A stretch of DNA of 64,000 nucleotides from Octopus sinensis (GCF_006345805.1 NC_043014.1:39494001-39558000), one strand, 5' to 3'; shown: positions 1 through 13,530, counted from the stretch's first letter. The notes: generated by a model from the sequence alone, not told the origin. Numbers and translations are program-made.

Positions 1-431
1 TATATATATATAATATAATATTTATATATAATTATATATATACATATATGTATAAATATATATATCTTAATTACTATTTTCTGTTTCCACTACTCTCATC
101 ATCACCAGCAGCAGCAGCAGCAACAGCTCACTTTCTTAGTTATTTTTATCTGTTACTAACCTTATTTTCACAAGACACAATGTATCAGTCTACCAGTTTT
201 TTCAGCATAATAATCTTGCATTTAATGCATTAATTCTTTGTATCATATCACTTCTTATTAAGTTCTAATTAACAGTTGGAGATTATAAGCTGATGTAAAC
301 TTGATACATGCAGGTCAGTCCGACTATTATAAGCAACTATTAACTCCCTCAGGCCTCTGATATCTCTTATCAAATAATACCTCGTACTTATGCTTCTTTG
401 AGCCAATTTCCTTATTGTTTCCAAGTTATAA

Positions 432-842
432 TTTACTCTTTTACTCTTTTACTTGTTTCAGTCATTTGACTGCGGCCATGCTGGAGCACCGCCTTTAGTC
501 GAGCAACTCGACCCCGGGACTTATTCTTTGTAAGCCCAGTACTTATTCTATCGGTCTCTTTTGCCGAACCGCTAAGTGACGGGGACGTAAACACACCAGC
601 ATCGGTTGTCAAGCAATGCTAGGGGACAAACACACACACACACATATACACCCACACTTATATATATATATACAATATATACGACGGGGCTTCTTTCAGT
701 TTCCGTCTACCAAATCCACTCACAAGGCATTGGTCGGCCCGGGGCTATAGCAGAAGACACTTGCCCAAGATGCCACGCAGTGGGACTGAACCCAGAACCA
801 TGTGGTTGGTTAGCAAACTACTTACCACACAGCCACTCCTGC
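432..842 (-). mobile_element. tRNA-derived SINE family A (full copy)
   Basis: Head GGAGTGGCTGTGTGGTAAG (A box) and GGTTCTGGGTTCAGTCCC (B box), CORE-like GGCATCTTGGGCAAGTG, internal (AT)n spacer, and (TAAAAGAG)n tail. More than 20 copies in the window. Confidence 0.9.
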
Positions 843-1084
843 TGTTCACAAAATATTAATTATATATACATGAATTAATTAACGCCAACAACGACTGATA
901 CACCAACACTATCTGGTGCAAAAATAGTGTTAATAAGATGTGACAAGGTGATATAAAAGAGAGCAATGTCAAGTGCTCTCAAGATATAATTACATACATT
1001 GAACCAAGTATGAAAAATATGATAGTGATAAAGTTACTGGGATTGGAGTCTTCACCTGGAAATTATTAATTTTTTTTGTTTAGC

Positions 1085-1365
1085 CTCACCTGCCCCCCAC
1101 CCCATGCCGGTGGCACGTAAAAAGCACCATCCGTCTGTGGCCGTTTGCCAGTCCCGTCTGGCACCTGTGCGGGTGGCACATAAAAAGCACCCACTACACT
1201 CATGGAGTGGTTGGCGTTAGGAAGGGCATCCAGCCGTAGAAACACTGCTAGATCAGACTGGGCCTGGTGCAGCCTTCTGGCCTCCCAGACCCCAGTTGAA
1301 CCGTCCAAACCATGCTAGCATGGGAAGCGGACGCTAAATGATGATGATGATGATGATGATGATGA
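1085..1365 (+). mobile_element. Family B (RTE-like) 3' tail
   Basis: GTGGCACGTAAAAAGCACC...GGAAGGGCATCCAGC...GGACGCTAAAT(GAT)n. Confidence 0.8.
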
Positions 1366-1584
1366 TTAGACTGCTGCCATGCTGAGGCACCACCTTGAAG
1401 GCTTTTAGTCAAATAGAATGACCCTGGTACTTATTATTTTAAAGTCTGGTACTTATTCTATTGCTCTTTTTTGATGAACCGCTAAGTTTCAGGAATGTAA
1501 ACAACCCAACACTGGTTGTTAAATGGTGGGGAGGGGAACAAACACAGACAACAGACAATAGACACACACACATACACACACATG

Positions 1585-1865
1585 TATGTATAGTGGCTAG
1601 GGTGTTGCACTCATGATTGCAAGATTGTGGTTTCAATTCCCAGACCGGGCACTGCACTGTGTTCTTGAGCAAAACACTTCATTCCACGATGCTCTGCGAT
1701 CATTTCCTCATCTGACATGTGGCACATGGTGCACCTGTACAGGTAATATCAATTTGACGGAGGGAGTGAGCTTATGTGTACACAAACATTTGATCACTAA
1801 AAGCAAATCCTTTGTGTGGTTGTTCAGCAAGAAATTACTGAGCCCTCATATGTTGTCTAACGAGG
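1585..1865 (+). mobile_element. tRNA-derived SINE (family G)
   Basis: B-box-like GGTTTCAATTCCC and GTGTTCTTGAGCAAAACAC core. Related copy at 17405-17705(-). Related family at 14520-14672(-) and 55300-55615(-). Confidence 0.7.
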
Positions 1866-1880
1866 GGAGAGTTCATGATA

Positions 1881-2269
1881 TCTTTATATATAAAAGTAAG
1901 GTTGTGTGTCTATCTCCTACGATTTAGATTCCTAACTACTCCCACATTTTGCGGTGCAGTTTAACCAAAACCGGGTATCTTATAGTCGTGATTCATATCG
2001 AGCCCTTCTGGGTATTAGCGCGTGTCTACGATGAGTCTACGATTTAAAAAAAAATTTACCATCATTTATTTCCATTTTAATGCATTTTTTTCGCTATTAT
2101 ATAAGGGAAGTAACTCTCTAAAAATGTCTACGATGAGTCAACGATTTAAAAAAAAATTTACCATCATTTTTTTTCCATTTTTAATGCATTTTTTTGGCTA
2201 TAACTCTCTAAAAATGCTTATATAGTTATTTCCCTTACAAACCTGAGCAACACCGGGCGATACTGCTAG
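1881..2269 (+). mobile_element. Non-autonomous Helitron
   Basis: A|TC...CTAG|T termini with no TSD. Subterminal GC hairpin CCTGAGCAACACCGGG. Internal ~85-bp tandem duplication. Confidence 0.8.
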
Positions 2270-2571
2270 TATATATATATAGTAAAAACAATGGATACAG
2301 AAGATAGAGTATACAGAAAACTTTATTTATCACAACAACCATTTGACACATCCTAAAGTTTCTAGTGTACTCTATCTTCCATACACATTGTTTTCTACTA
2401 TACTCAATGTGCACTGAGGAATTCCTGAGGTAGACCCAGTGATGATTGAGCAATTACCATGGATGATGTCAGGTAGTCATAGGCAGTGAACATGCTTTGT
2501 CAGTGTACTACTAGGAACATACCCAACATGCAGTTTAAATTTTAAACTTAAATCTAAACTTTAATTTTTAG

Positions 2572-2609
<38 letters not shown>

Positions 2610-2612
<3 letters not shown>

Positions 2613-2930
2613 TCATCATCATTATCATCGTCTAATGTCCGTTTTCCATGCTAGCATGGGTTGGACGGTTCAACCGTTGTCTGGGAAGCCAGGAGGCTGC
2701 ACCAGGCTCCAGTCTGATCTGGCAGTGTTTCTACAGCTGGATGCCCTTCCTTACACCAACTACTCCATGAGTGTAGTGGGTGCTTTTTACGTGCCACCGG
2801 TACAGGGGCCAGAGGAGGCTAGCAACGTCCACGATCGGTTAGTGCATTTTACGTGTCCCTGGCACGGATGCTAGTCAAGGTGGCACTGGCATTGGCCACG
2901 TTCTGATGGTGTTTTTTACTTGCCACCAGC
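2610..2930 (-). mobile_element. Family B (RTE-like) 3' tail
   Basis: (CAT)n followed by the reverse complement of family B. Shorter copies at 14700-14835, 15505-15675 and 48325-48473. Confidence 0.8.
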
Positions 2931-3784
2931 AATACACACACACACATACATACATATATAACAGGCTTCTACACAGTTTCCATCAACCAAATTCCCTTGT
3001 AAGCCATTGGTCTGTCCTGGGCTATAGTAGAAGACATTTGCCTAAGTTACTACAAAGTGGAACTGAACCTGAAGCCAAGTAGTTGCAAAGCAAGCTTTGT
3101 AACCACACAGCCATGTCTGGTTAAGATAATAAAAACGTGTGATTTTTAAAAAAAAAATAATGGAGAGAAATTTATATGGTTACAGTTATGAGCAGTAAAA
3201 AGAATGTACTCTTCATTTTCATGTTGATAAATAGCCAACTCAGATAATTTCACAGGTAATATCAGATTTGAAACATTCAGTAGATGTGTTTTCATGGATT
3301 CTCAGTCGGAGTCCATATGGACCCAGGAGATCCATATATTCTTTCATTTGTTTCGATCATTTGACTGCAACCATGCTGGAGCATCACCTTGGAGGGTTTT
3401 AGTCGAACAAATTGACCCAGAACTTATTTGTTAAGCCTAGTACTTATTCTATTGGTATCTTTTGCCGAACTGCTAAGTTACGGGGACTTAAAACACACCA
3501 TCACTGGTTGCCAAGCAGTACTGGGGGACAAACACAGACACAAAGACACACACAAACATATATGGCAGTCGCCATATTTCATTCCATATCAGCTACCTCT
3601 GATGAGTGTAGGGTTATATAATCGGATTGTTATCTAATACTCCGTTGTACCCCAGCGTGAAACTGATTGGTAAGATCAGCTGTGATGGGTATATAATACT
3701 GTACACTTTAATTATCACGATAGATCATTAGCCACTACACACATTTTTTCTCTCCTTGTTTCTCTCCTTGTTTTTTCTGTGTCC

Positions 3785-3820
3785 CTTTCTGTAGAAGAGC
3801 CTAGGCTCGAAACATAAAAG
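3785..3820 (+). ncRNA. Hammerhead-like motif variant (family H1, U at core position 6)
   Basis: CTTT CTGTAGA A GAGCC TA GGCTC GAAA C AT A AAAG. Homologs at 17259-17294(+), 45043-45078(-) and 56978-57013(-). Confidence 0.45.
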
Positions 3821-5800
3821 ACCTTTTCTATTCCTGAGCGTTATACTAATACATCTGTTTGTTTTGTACACCACCTGTCTTCGTCTTTTGTTTTTTTGTA
3901 AACATATATGTGTGTGTGTGTGTATATATGTATGTATATATATATATATATATATACAACAGGTTTCTTACAGTTTCTGTCTACTAAATCCACTCACTGA
4001 CCTGATGCTATAGAAGACACCTGTGCAGTGGGAATGAACCTGAAACCTCGTGGTTGGGAAGCAAGCTTCTTCCCACACAGCCAAACCTGTGCCTAACAGC
4101 AAAATGATTATATAACATATAATACGGAACAACAAGTTGAAATAAACTGTTTGAATTTAATTGGATGGGTGTATAATATGAATCTAAGAAAAAAAAAATA
4201 ATGAAATAGAAAAGAAAAACTACATTTATATTATTTAATAAGGTCAACCTATACATAAAAAAAGAAATCATTTGTAATGGTAATTAAGATTTATATCTAT
4301 GTAGGATAAACTGCTGCTGAGAGGTAAACCTAATTAAACAGATCAGGCTGGAAAGAAAATGGAAAAATAATGATGTGCTATTTTAACCATAAGAATATTT
4401 AAATGACATTCCAAAAATATTTCAAATGTTTTAAAAGAGGAGTTTAAGAATGAGTTCACAAAATGTTCTGAAATTGCCTAACTGGTGTAGCAAAGCAAAA
4501 TAATAGCATTTGACGAATCATTTTAACAGCCTGAAAACTGTTAAAATGGAATAGCGTAAAATTAATAAGGCACATAGATATAAAACGTTTTATTTATTTG
4601 TTTGTTTATCTACTGTACCAATATGACTCATAGAGCATTTATTATTTTTTTTGTTTTTTACGTTATGGCATAATTTGATGAAAGACCAAAAAAAATATTA
4701 GAAAGAACTAAATAATTTAGGCTTTACTTTGCATTGATGATATATCTAAAAGCATTAATTCTATTAGGTAAAGCAATATATATATATATATATATATGAT
4801 AATGCTGATACATATTTCATTTAATGAAATTATTCTTAGCAACTTTTCTTCTGCAAAGCATATATTTTGGCAACAATTCCCTTTTACCTACACTTAACAG
4901 GGATGAATCAATTACTAAAAAAAAAATTATGACTCAACGCTTGAAATCAGCATAAATTGCTACCATATTTTTCAGCATACAAGTTGAATTTCTCAGACCA
5001 AAATTTACAGCCAAAAAAGGGTAGGTCAACTTATATCACCAAGACAACTTTGGAGGACCAACAATTACATGTGAAATCCAGCAAAATTTAGAAAGATAGT
5101 GACAATGTTTGAATGCTTACATAACATGTCTACACAACACTCTACACTGGCTTGTATGCTAGAAAATATGACAGAATTTTTACACCCCAATTGTTATTAC
5201 TAGATCTGCTAAATATCACAGATCTGAAACTCAATGATTTTAATTAAGAATATCACTTTAGTTAGCCCCACCTCCCTCAAGTTAATTTACATAATTAAAA
5301 ATTGTTAAGTAATTGATTCATTCTGTTTCTGTTTCATACTTTCTTAAAAGAAAATAACAGCAAAAATATTTGTAGGCATAAAATTATCAAATGTATAAAA
5401 CATGAATCACTATTTCAGTCAGTATACTTCTTAATTTTTATCATCACTCATTTATTAATTAATTAATTAATTAAGTACAGTGACCTTTTGTTGTTTGTAC
5501 ATATAAGATGGCAACCCAAGTGAAACAAATCATTGAATCAAAATGAAAGGGAAACAAATAAACAGTAATGAAATAAAATTGATGTGTACTAAATCGGAAT
5601 GAGACATATGGATGTGGTTGTTTGGAAGCTGATAATTTGGAAGAGATGACCAGATGTTCAATTGTTTTGGGTACTGTAGGTTTTGGCACTAGAGGCAATC
5701 ACACACACACACACACAGGTACACATAGAAATATATGCATAGATAGATAGAGACAGACAGAAAGATAGATAGGCAAACAGACAGAGAGACAGACAGACAG

Positions 5801-5844
<44 letters not shown>

Positions 5845-6087
5845 CATTACCCATAGATACAAACATAACTAGATGTTCACACATATAAACAGAGAAAGAG
5901 GGAGAGAAAGAAAGAAAGAAAGAGAGAGTGAAGTAGAAAGAATATAAAACTCAAAGACGGTATGACTGTTTCTTGTCATGAGACTAATATTCAGAATAAA
6001 ATTGATTATCCTGAAATACATTGAGTCCTTTCTTGTATGACTGATCTTTGGATTGAGAGTACGAAAGAGAGGAGAGAGAGAGGAGAG

Positions 6088-6121
<34 letters not shown>

Positions 6122-6489
6122 AATATCAAAATGTCTGGTGTCATATGTCAGAATCAAACCGGTGATACCAAGTAAGAAACAACAAAATGACTCATAGCCA
6201 TATCTAAAGTAGTAATATGATAATTGTAAAATTCAATTTCCTGTAAACCTGGGATAGAGAAGGACTATCATTGATGATATCATAAATGGTGATGAAAGGA
6301 CTCTGATTGATTGACTGAACAATTAATCAAACAGTTGATTAATTAATTGGTTAAATGGTTAACCAATTGACTAATAATAATAATATAAAGTTAAAAAGAA
6401 CCAGTGTGTGTGTTTATTATTGGCATAATGACCCTCCCAAAATACAACTTGTTGCTTAACCCTAATTATATATATATATATATATATAT

Positions 6490-6896
6490 ATACTCTTTTT
6501 TTACTCTTTTTACTTGTTTCAGTCATTTGACTGTGGCCATGCTGGAGCACCGCCTTTAGTCGAGCAAATCGATCCCGGGATTTATTCTTTGTAAGCCCAG
6601 TACTTATTCTATCGGTCTCTTTTGCCAAACTGCTAAGTGACGGGGATGTTAACACACCAGCATCGGTTGTCAAGCAATGCTAGGGGGACAAACACAGACA
6701 CACAAACACACACATATATATATACATATATACGACAGGCTTCTTTCAGTTTCCGTCTACCAAATCCCCTCACAAGGCATTGGTCAGCCCGGGGCTATAG
6801 CAGAAGACACTTGCCCAAGGTGCCACACAGTGGGACTGAACCCAGAACCATGTGGTTGGTTAGCAAGCTACTTACCACACAGCCACTCATACGCCT
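6490..6896 (-). mobile_element. SINE family A
   Basis: Full-length copy, head-to-head with 6982-7392. Confidence 0.9.
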
Positions 6897-6981
6897 ATTT
6901 CAGTTTTGGATTTGGTTTGCAAGATTTTTTGTGTGAGTTTATATGTTGAACACAGACACAAAAATATTATATATATATATA

Positions 6982-7392
6982 TAGGCGCAGGAGTGGCTGT
7001 GTGGTAAGTAGCTTGCTAACCAACCACATGGTTCCGGGTTCAGTCCCACTGCATGGCATCTTGGGCAAGTGTCTTCTGCTATAGCCCCGGGCCGACCAAT
7101 GCCTTGTGAGTGGATTTGGTAGACGGAAACTGAAAGAAGCCTGTCGTATATATGTATATATATATATATGTGTGTGTGTTTGTGTGTCTGTGTTTGTCCC
7201 CCTAGCATTGCTTGACAACCGATGCTGGTGTGTTTATGTCCCCGATACTTAGCGGTTCGGCAAAAGAGACCAATAGAATAAGTACTGGGCTTACAAAAAG
7301 AATAAGTCCCGGGGTCAAGTTGCTCGATTAAAGGTGGTGCTCCAGCATGGCCGCAGTCAAATGACTGAAACAAGGAAAAGAGTAAAAGAGAG
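6982..7392 (+). mobile_element. SINE family A
   Basis: Full-length copy. Confidence 0.9.
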
Positions 7393-8369
7393 AGTATATG
7401 TATATATATATTACATCTAACATCACTTGAATGGTGATGATCTGAACCTAATGGCCAGATTGAAACATATGTATATACAAAAATAAAACGGATTGCCAAT
7501 TACCAAATCATCATTTCTATACACTTCATTTTGATTGAGTAGAGTTTTATTCACTTTGTGCACCATCTTATATGTACAAATATCAAAAGGTCACCATTAT
7601 TTCTATCAAAGTTTGTTTTATCATCAAAAGCCACTAAACTAACAGTTATGTATGACAAATTAATTACAAACTAGTATAACAACTATAATAATACTTACAA
7701 GCAATTTCAGAAAATAATATAATACTAGTATCATCTTAAAAATAATATATATATGTATATATATATATTAATATACATATATTATATATATATGAGTGTA
7801 TAATATAATCTTCAATTAATTTCATATGAGTTAATAACATAGTAGATTAACATATATGTTTATTACATGTTACAGCTGAACAGTTTTGATTACTATCTGG
7901 GATAATCTAATTTCTCCTTTCAAGTTTTTAGATATACATATATTCCCTGTTTTTATATTATATTATATAATATATATGTGCATGCATATATATATATATT
8001 CATATATATGCGTGCTTATATATATATAGATATGTGCAGATACTTGTACATTTATGCTATGCAATATCAATGCTGATGATAGCGGTAGCTACACTTTTTA
8101 CCTTTAGCTTGAAATGAGATCTTATACATGATTAACCAAAAGTTTAATTTATTATCTTCAACCTGTGTTTTGGGAATTTCTAAGGTGGTTTGAGCGTCAT
8201 TTGGTCTCTATTTTCAGTGTGTGGAGAGGCATATTGCCAATCCCTTGTTATAATTATGCATATATTTATTAATATAATAATGGAAATTTACCTACAAGGT
8301 TTTTATTTTCGTGCTGACCTTCAGATAAAGTCATTCATGATTTTATCCTTATTATATAATTTATATATA

Positions 8370-8517
8370 TATGCACGTGTGAGTATATATATTATATATA
8401 TATATATATATAATATATATAATATATATATATATAATATATATATATATAGATACATATACTATATATATATATATATTATATATATATATACATATAT
8501 ATATATATAGATATACT

Positions 8518-8593
<76 letters not shown>

Positions 8594-8642
8594 CATATAT
8601 AATTATATATATATATATATATAATACATAATAGATATATAG

Positions 8643-8679
<37 letters not shown>

Positions 8680-9000
8680 TTACATATATATATATATATA
8701 TAATATAAATATATAATATATATATTATATATACTATATATATACATATATATTATACATATATATATACATATATATATACATATTATATACATATATA
8801 ATACATATATAGATATATACATATATATAACCATATATATATACATATATATATACATATATAATACATATACATATATATACATATATATATACATATA
8901 TAACATATATATCATACATATATATATATATATATTATATATATATATAATATATATATATATTATATATATATATATATCTACAGATATACATATATAT
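8370..9000. repeat. Long imperfect (AT)n/(ATAC)n tract
   Basis: Direct reading. Similar tracts at 23200-23395, 44730-44950, 51180-51380, 56595-56890 and 60060-60500. Confidence 0.95.
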
Positions 9001-9304
9001 ATGTAACTCCCCGTTACTTTGTTTCCTACAGACCGGCACGCTTTTGGAATACCAGTGAATATTTTACTCGCTGTTTCCTATATATACTGAGGCATGAATT
9101 TCATTTAAGCAGGTGACATTCAAGCACATGGTATTGATGTATTTCAACAAAGGTGAAATGCACCAGTTGTTCTTGTGTCATTGCAGCAAGGATGTTCATT
9201 TCACTAATGTATATTGAATTTTTAACAAATCTATGAAAAGATTTTATCTTCAGACAGTTCCACAGTATCATGCCTTCATTTGATATATATGTCAGTGTTT
9301 TTGT

Positions 9305-9335
<31 letters not shown>

Positions 9336-9424
9336 GACAGACACATGAAATCTGCTCAGTACAGATCTGGGAAACCCATAGTCCAAATGAGGGTTCACTA
9401 CACAATTGTGTAGAGTATATCCAT

Positions 9425-9483
<59 letters not shown>

Positions 9484-9605
9484 ACACACAAGACACATGA
9501 AATCTGCTCAGTACAGATCTGGGAAACCCATAGTCCAAATGAGGGTTCACTACACAATTGTGTAGAGTATATCCATTATTTTGTTAATGAGAGGTCCTAC
9601 AAAAC

Positions 9606-10155
9606 CTCTCATGGCTGCTGATCTTAACTGATTGGAAGTGTTATCATTTATATTGGTTTTGTCTTAGTATAAAAGATGGGCTACAGCAAATATTCAGCTC
9701 AATACAACAGATTTGCTTGTCAGTTGTTTGACCTTAACCAGTTGAGCATGTCCCTTAGTGGCTAACGATATGTGCATCTCTGATCATGAGCAGAAGTAGT
9801 GGGGGAGCATCATAGCCATGTGTTGAGAGGGATTCTTGGAGGTTTGGATAATTCACCTTTGGAAACATGGGTAGTTCGTTCAACCTCCTTAAACAATCTT
9901 AATCAGGGACCTTTTGAGCAGGATGGGTTACTCAACCAGAAGAAAATTCTAACTGGGCCCCACCTGCAAGGTCATTCGCTGTTTATCTTGATATGAAATC
10001 ATCATGTCGTGCACATATGGTTGTGATGCATGTGCCTGGTGTACCCTTATCAGACGGGTTGTCATGGTGAGTATAATGGGCTTCGTATATTTTACCCCAG
10101 TGTCACTTTGATGGCATGCACTGCTCTCTCACTCAATAATAATAATAATAATAAT
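9606..10155 (+). mobile_element. Family E copy (5'-truncated)
   Basis: Homology to 37313-37888 over ~530 nt. Confidence 0.8.
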
Positions 10156-10705
10156 GATGGTTTCAAATTTTGACACAAGGACTGAAATTTGAGGGAAGGG
10201 AGCTAGTCGATGACTAGCTCCACAGTTACTTAATTTATTAACCTGAGAGGATAAAAAGCAAACTCAACCTCAGTGGAATTTGAACTCAAAACGTAAAGAT
10301 AGTCATAATGATGGGCGGAAATGCCACTAAGCATTTTGTTTAGTGTGCTAATGGCTCTGGCAGCTCACCACCTTAATAATAATAATAATAATAATAATAA
10401 TGAAGATTTTCATCGTAGTTTTTTTATGAACATCAGAAAGAAACCTCTTTTTCACTTCTTGAAGAGGTTAAGTGAAATTGAAAGTTTCAATTATAACTAA
10501 TTGCATGTGTGTGTGTGTTTGATACTTCTTTAAGTTTCATTTGAGTTCTTCTTGAGTGAGTTTAAGCCAGTCACTAACAAAGAAACAAGACTTTTTTTAG
10601 TTAAGAGAATTCTCAGTGTTTGTATATATGTGGTTGGGTTGGTGTGATGGTTTGACTGCTGATGCATGTACCCAAGAGTGTGCATCTATTCACATATGTA
10701 TACCA

Positions 10706-10746
<41 letters not shown>

Positions 10747-10912
10747 TGTAATATATATATGTCTGTATGTATGTATATTGAACAAAACAGGGAATTTATT
10801 CTAAAATTGAAATGAGAATTTTTCATGCATTTAAGAAAATAGGTTACCCTGATCTGTAATCAAAACTTTTTAGCTTTAATAAATATATTAGTATTATATA
10901 AATAATATCATT

Positions 10913-10954
<42 letters not shown>

Positions 10955-11890
10955 ACTTATATTTAACGAGTAGGGTATTCATTCTAAAACTGAAATGTGA
11001 AGTTTCATGTATTTTTGACAATCAATTGTAATCTGAAAGAAATAGTAGTAATTATGCAAATATATCTAAATATATTTAAATTATGGAAATATGATATCCT
11101 CAAAACTTATTGTTATTGTGTAAACATTATCGTCTTCATTAAATATATTAAATATATTCTGTTGTTTAAATGATAAAATATATTTAATGAAAACAAAAAC
11201 AAGATGAGAATATGAAGTAATACATTAAACAACTGCTAAAATTTGTGTTTTATGCAGGTAAAAAATATGGATGGGATATATGTGCAACAATGGCGAGCCT
11301 CCCTCTACTTCATTTTTAAAAACAATAATATTCGTTTTACTATTTAGTATAGTATTTAATATCATTTTGATCCTTGCTGAATTGGGGAGTAAATAGCATG
11401 AAATACTTCTGAAAAAGTTTGATCATAAATGTCCAAAAGGTGATAAGAAGGTAAGTTTAAAGACAAAATTGCGTCAATTTTAATGTGGATATTTAATCAT
11501 TAGATAATATTTTAAATTTAATAGAGCAAGAATTGAGGAAAGTAGGAATTTCATGAAGTGAAGACACTACGAAAGACATACATGACCTAGAAAGAGGAGA
11601 AATGAAGACTTATGTAAAACATAGAGGTATATCTACACATTTGCATATTAGAAGAAGAAATGATTTGGAGAGAAGATAATACAAAAGCATAACATACTAA
11701 TTTCATCAAAATTCTTGTCTCATGTCACAAGGATTGTATAAAACAAAGAATATATCAATGAAAAGGATTCTTCAGTTCAACAGAAACAAAAAAATATAGT
11801 GAAATACATCTGCTTAAAACAGACATCAGTCAGGCATTTTTATGCAAATAAGTGTAGAATAATGAAGAATAATAGAGAATATTTTCTTAC

Positions 11891-13048
11891 CTGGATATTC
11901 ACTGAAGCGGCGCTGGAATCTTAGCATGAATTCACTAGGTCTTCTTTCTGATTTACAAGGTTGTTCACTGGAGCGGCGACCACGGAACTTACCGGCAAAT
12001 TCAGATGAGCGGTGCCAATACTCCTTTGTTCCATCTCTGTTCTGCTTCACAACAAGATTCTTGTGGACATCTCCTAGGAGGGGCCTACTAGGATCCTTGG
12101 TATCAGTCTGAAGTCCATTTGGTAAACTAGCTACGACAAGTCTGTTGGAGGTACTGTGATGCTTTGAGTGGCTACTGCTATTCACGTCTGTAAACTGCTC
12201 TGGATTAATAACACAATCCTCTGGTGTCACAGGAGTTACAGGAGTACTGATAGAAGGTGTCACACTTACTTCATCAGATTCTCTTCTTTTCTGTAACGAC
12301 TTTCGTTTTGAATGCGATTTGGTGGAGTTGGTTGTTTCTGAGTCTTGTTTCTTTAGAGATCTTGTGGAATTGGCAGTGTTCTCTTGGGGGTTCTGAGCAG
12401 ATTCATTTGTAACTGAAGTATCTGAGTCAGGAGATGGTGACTTTGATGATACTGGATCATGGACAACAATTTTTGGCAGGTCAGTTGGCGTACTTGATTT
12501 GCTAAATGTATCACCTCGATCAGACAAGGAAAGCTTTTTGGGTCGTGTCTGTTCACTGTCTTGGCGTTTTAAAAATATAGTACTCGGCAATGAACCTAAT
12601 TCGGACTCATCTTCATTCAGTTGGTCCTCACGCTGGAGTTTTGCTAATTGTACTTTCTGAAATAAACTATTTGTTGCATCAATAGCTTTAACATCATCGA
12701 CTATACTTGGCTCAGAATCTAATCGAGTTCGTTTTGTCTGTTCTTTGATTCTGTCAATCATATTTTTTTCCCGTGGGGGTACCTTTTTCTTTAAACCTTT
12801 CTTTCGTGGAACTTCAAGTGGTCTCATTAACATTGCACACACAGCACCATTTAGGATGAGACCAGCAATAATATACAAAGAGTTTTTCCAATCGTATTGT
12901 TCAAGCAAATAACCTCCAAGGGGAGCAAATATGAAAGTGCCAACTCCAGAACCACACACAGCAATGCCAGTAGCAATTGCTCGTCTTCTGTCAAAATAGT
13001 AGCCAACACTTACAATAGAAGGTAGATAAATGAGACCTAAACCAAATC
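11891..13048 (-). CDS. SLC16/MCT-like coding exon 3 (TM5-TM6 and large cytoplasmic loop)
   Basis: [77 protein letters not shown] contains the YFxRRRxxAxG SLC16 motif, followed by a ~300-aa Ser/Thr-rich loop. Acceptor tctttcag|GA at 13049. Donor CCAG|gtaaga at 11890, with an alternative donor at 11992. Confidence 0.95.
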
Positions 13049-13164
13049 CTGAAAGATGGGAGTAAAAAAAAAATATTTATATACATCTGGTTAAAAAAAA
13101 AATAACAAAACTTTCATAATATAAATATAGAAACAGGAATTGAAAAGGTATTTTTTTTATTTTT

Positions 13165-13530
13165 ATTCATTTATTCATTTACTTGTTTCAGTCATTTGAC
13201 TTTGGCTATGCTGGAGCACCGCCTTTAGTCAAGGAAATCGACCCAGGACTTATTCTTTGTAAGCCTAGTACTTATTCTATCAGTCTCTTTTGCCGAACCG
13301 CTAAGTTACGGGGACATAAACACACCAGCATCAGTTGTCAAGCGATGTTGGGGGAGGGGGGCAAGCACAACTCACAAACATACACATATATATATACATA
13401 TATACGACGGGCTTCTTTCAGTTTCCGTCAACCAAATCCACTCACAAGGCATTGGTCGGCCTGGGCCTATAGCAGAAGACACACGTGGTTCGTGAGCAAG
13501 CTACTTACCACACAGCCACTCCTACGCCTA
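13165..13530 (-). mobile_element. SINE family A (internal deletion)
   Basis: Homology to the 432-842 copy. Confidence 0.85.

Noticed and set aside
606-878. Recurrent ORFs such as MSSNARGTN..., MLGGQTQTH... and MTTDAGVF...
   Set aside because: Chance frames in SINE A copies. The starts are non-ATG in many cases and the frames are broken differently in each copy.
3595-3700. Possible full-size hammerhead CTGATGAG...GTGAAACTGAT/ATCAG
   Set aside because: The cleavage-site triplet reads GCT rather than NUH, helix I does not pair and helix II is poor.
5121-5223. Candidate next MCT exon (tttcag|...|gtaagc on the minus strand)
   Set aside because: Stops occur in all three frames, with an immediate TGA in the required phase, and there is no MCT similarity. 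The remaining exons (TM7-12) were not found in 1-11890 and probably lie outside the window.
6290-6375. Clusters of TAAT/ATTA homeodomain-like motifs (also 61235-61290)
   Set aside because: Expected by chance in very AT-rich DNA. Cannot be supported without conservation or chromatin data.
8190-8919. Poly-(Tyr-Ile) ORFs here and at 23188-23524, 56566-56939 and 59853-60858
   Set aside because: Translations of (AT)n tracts, which lack stop codons by composition.
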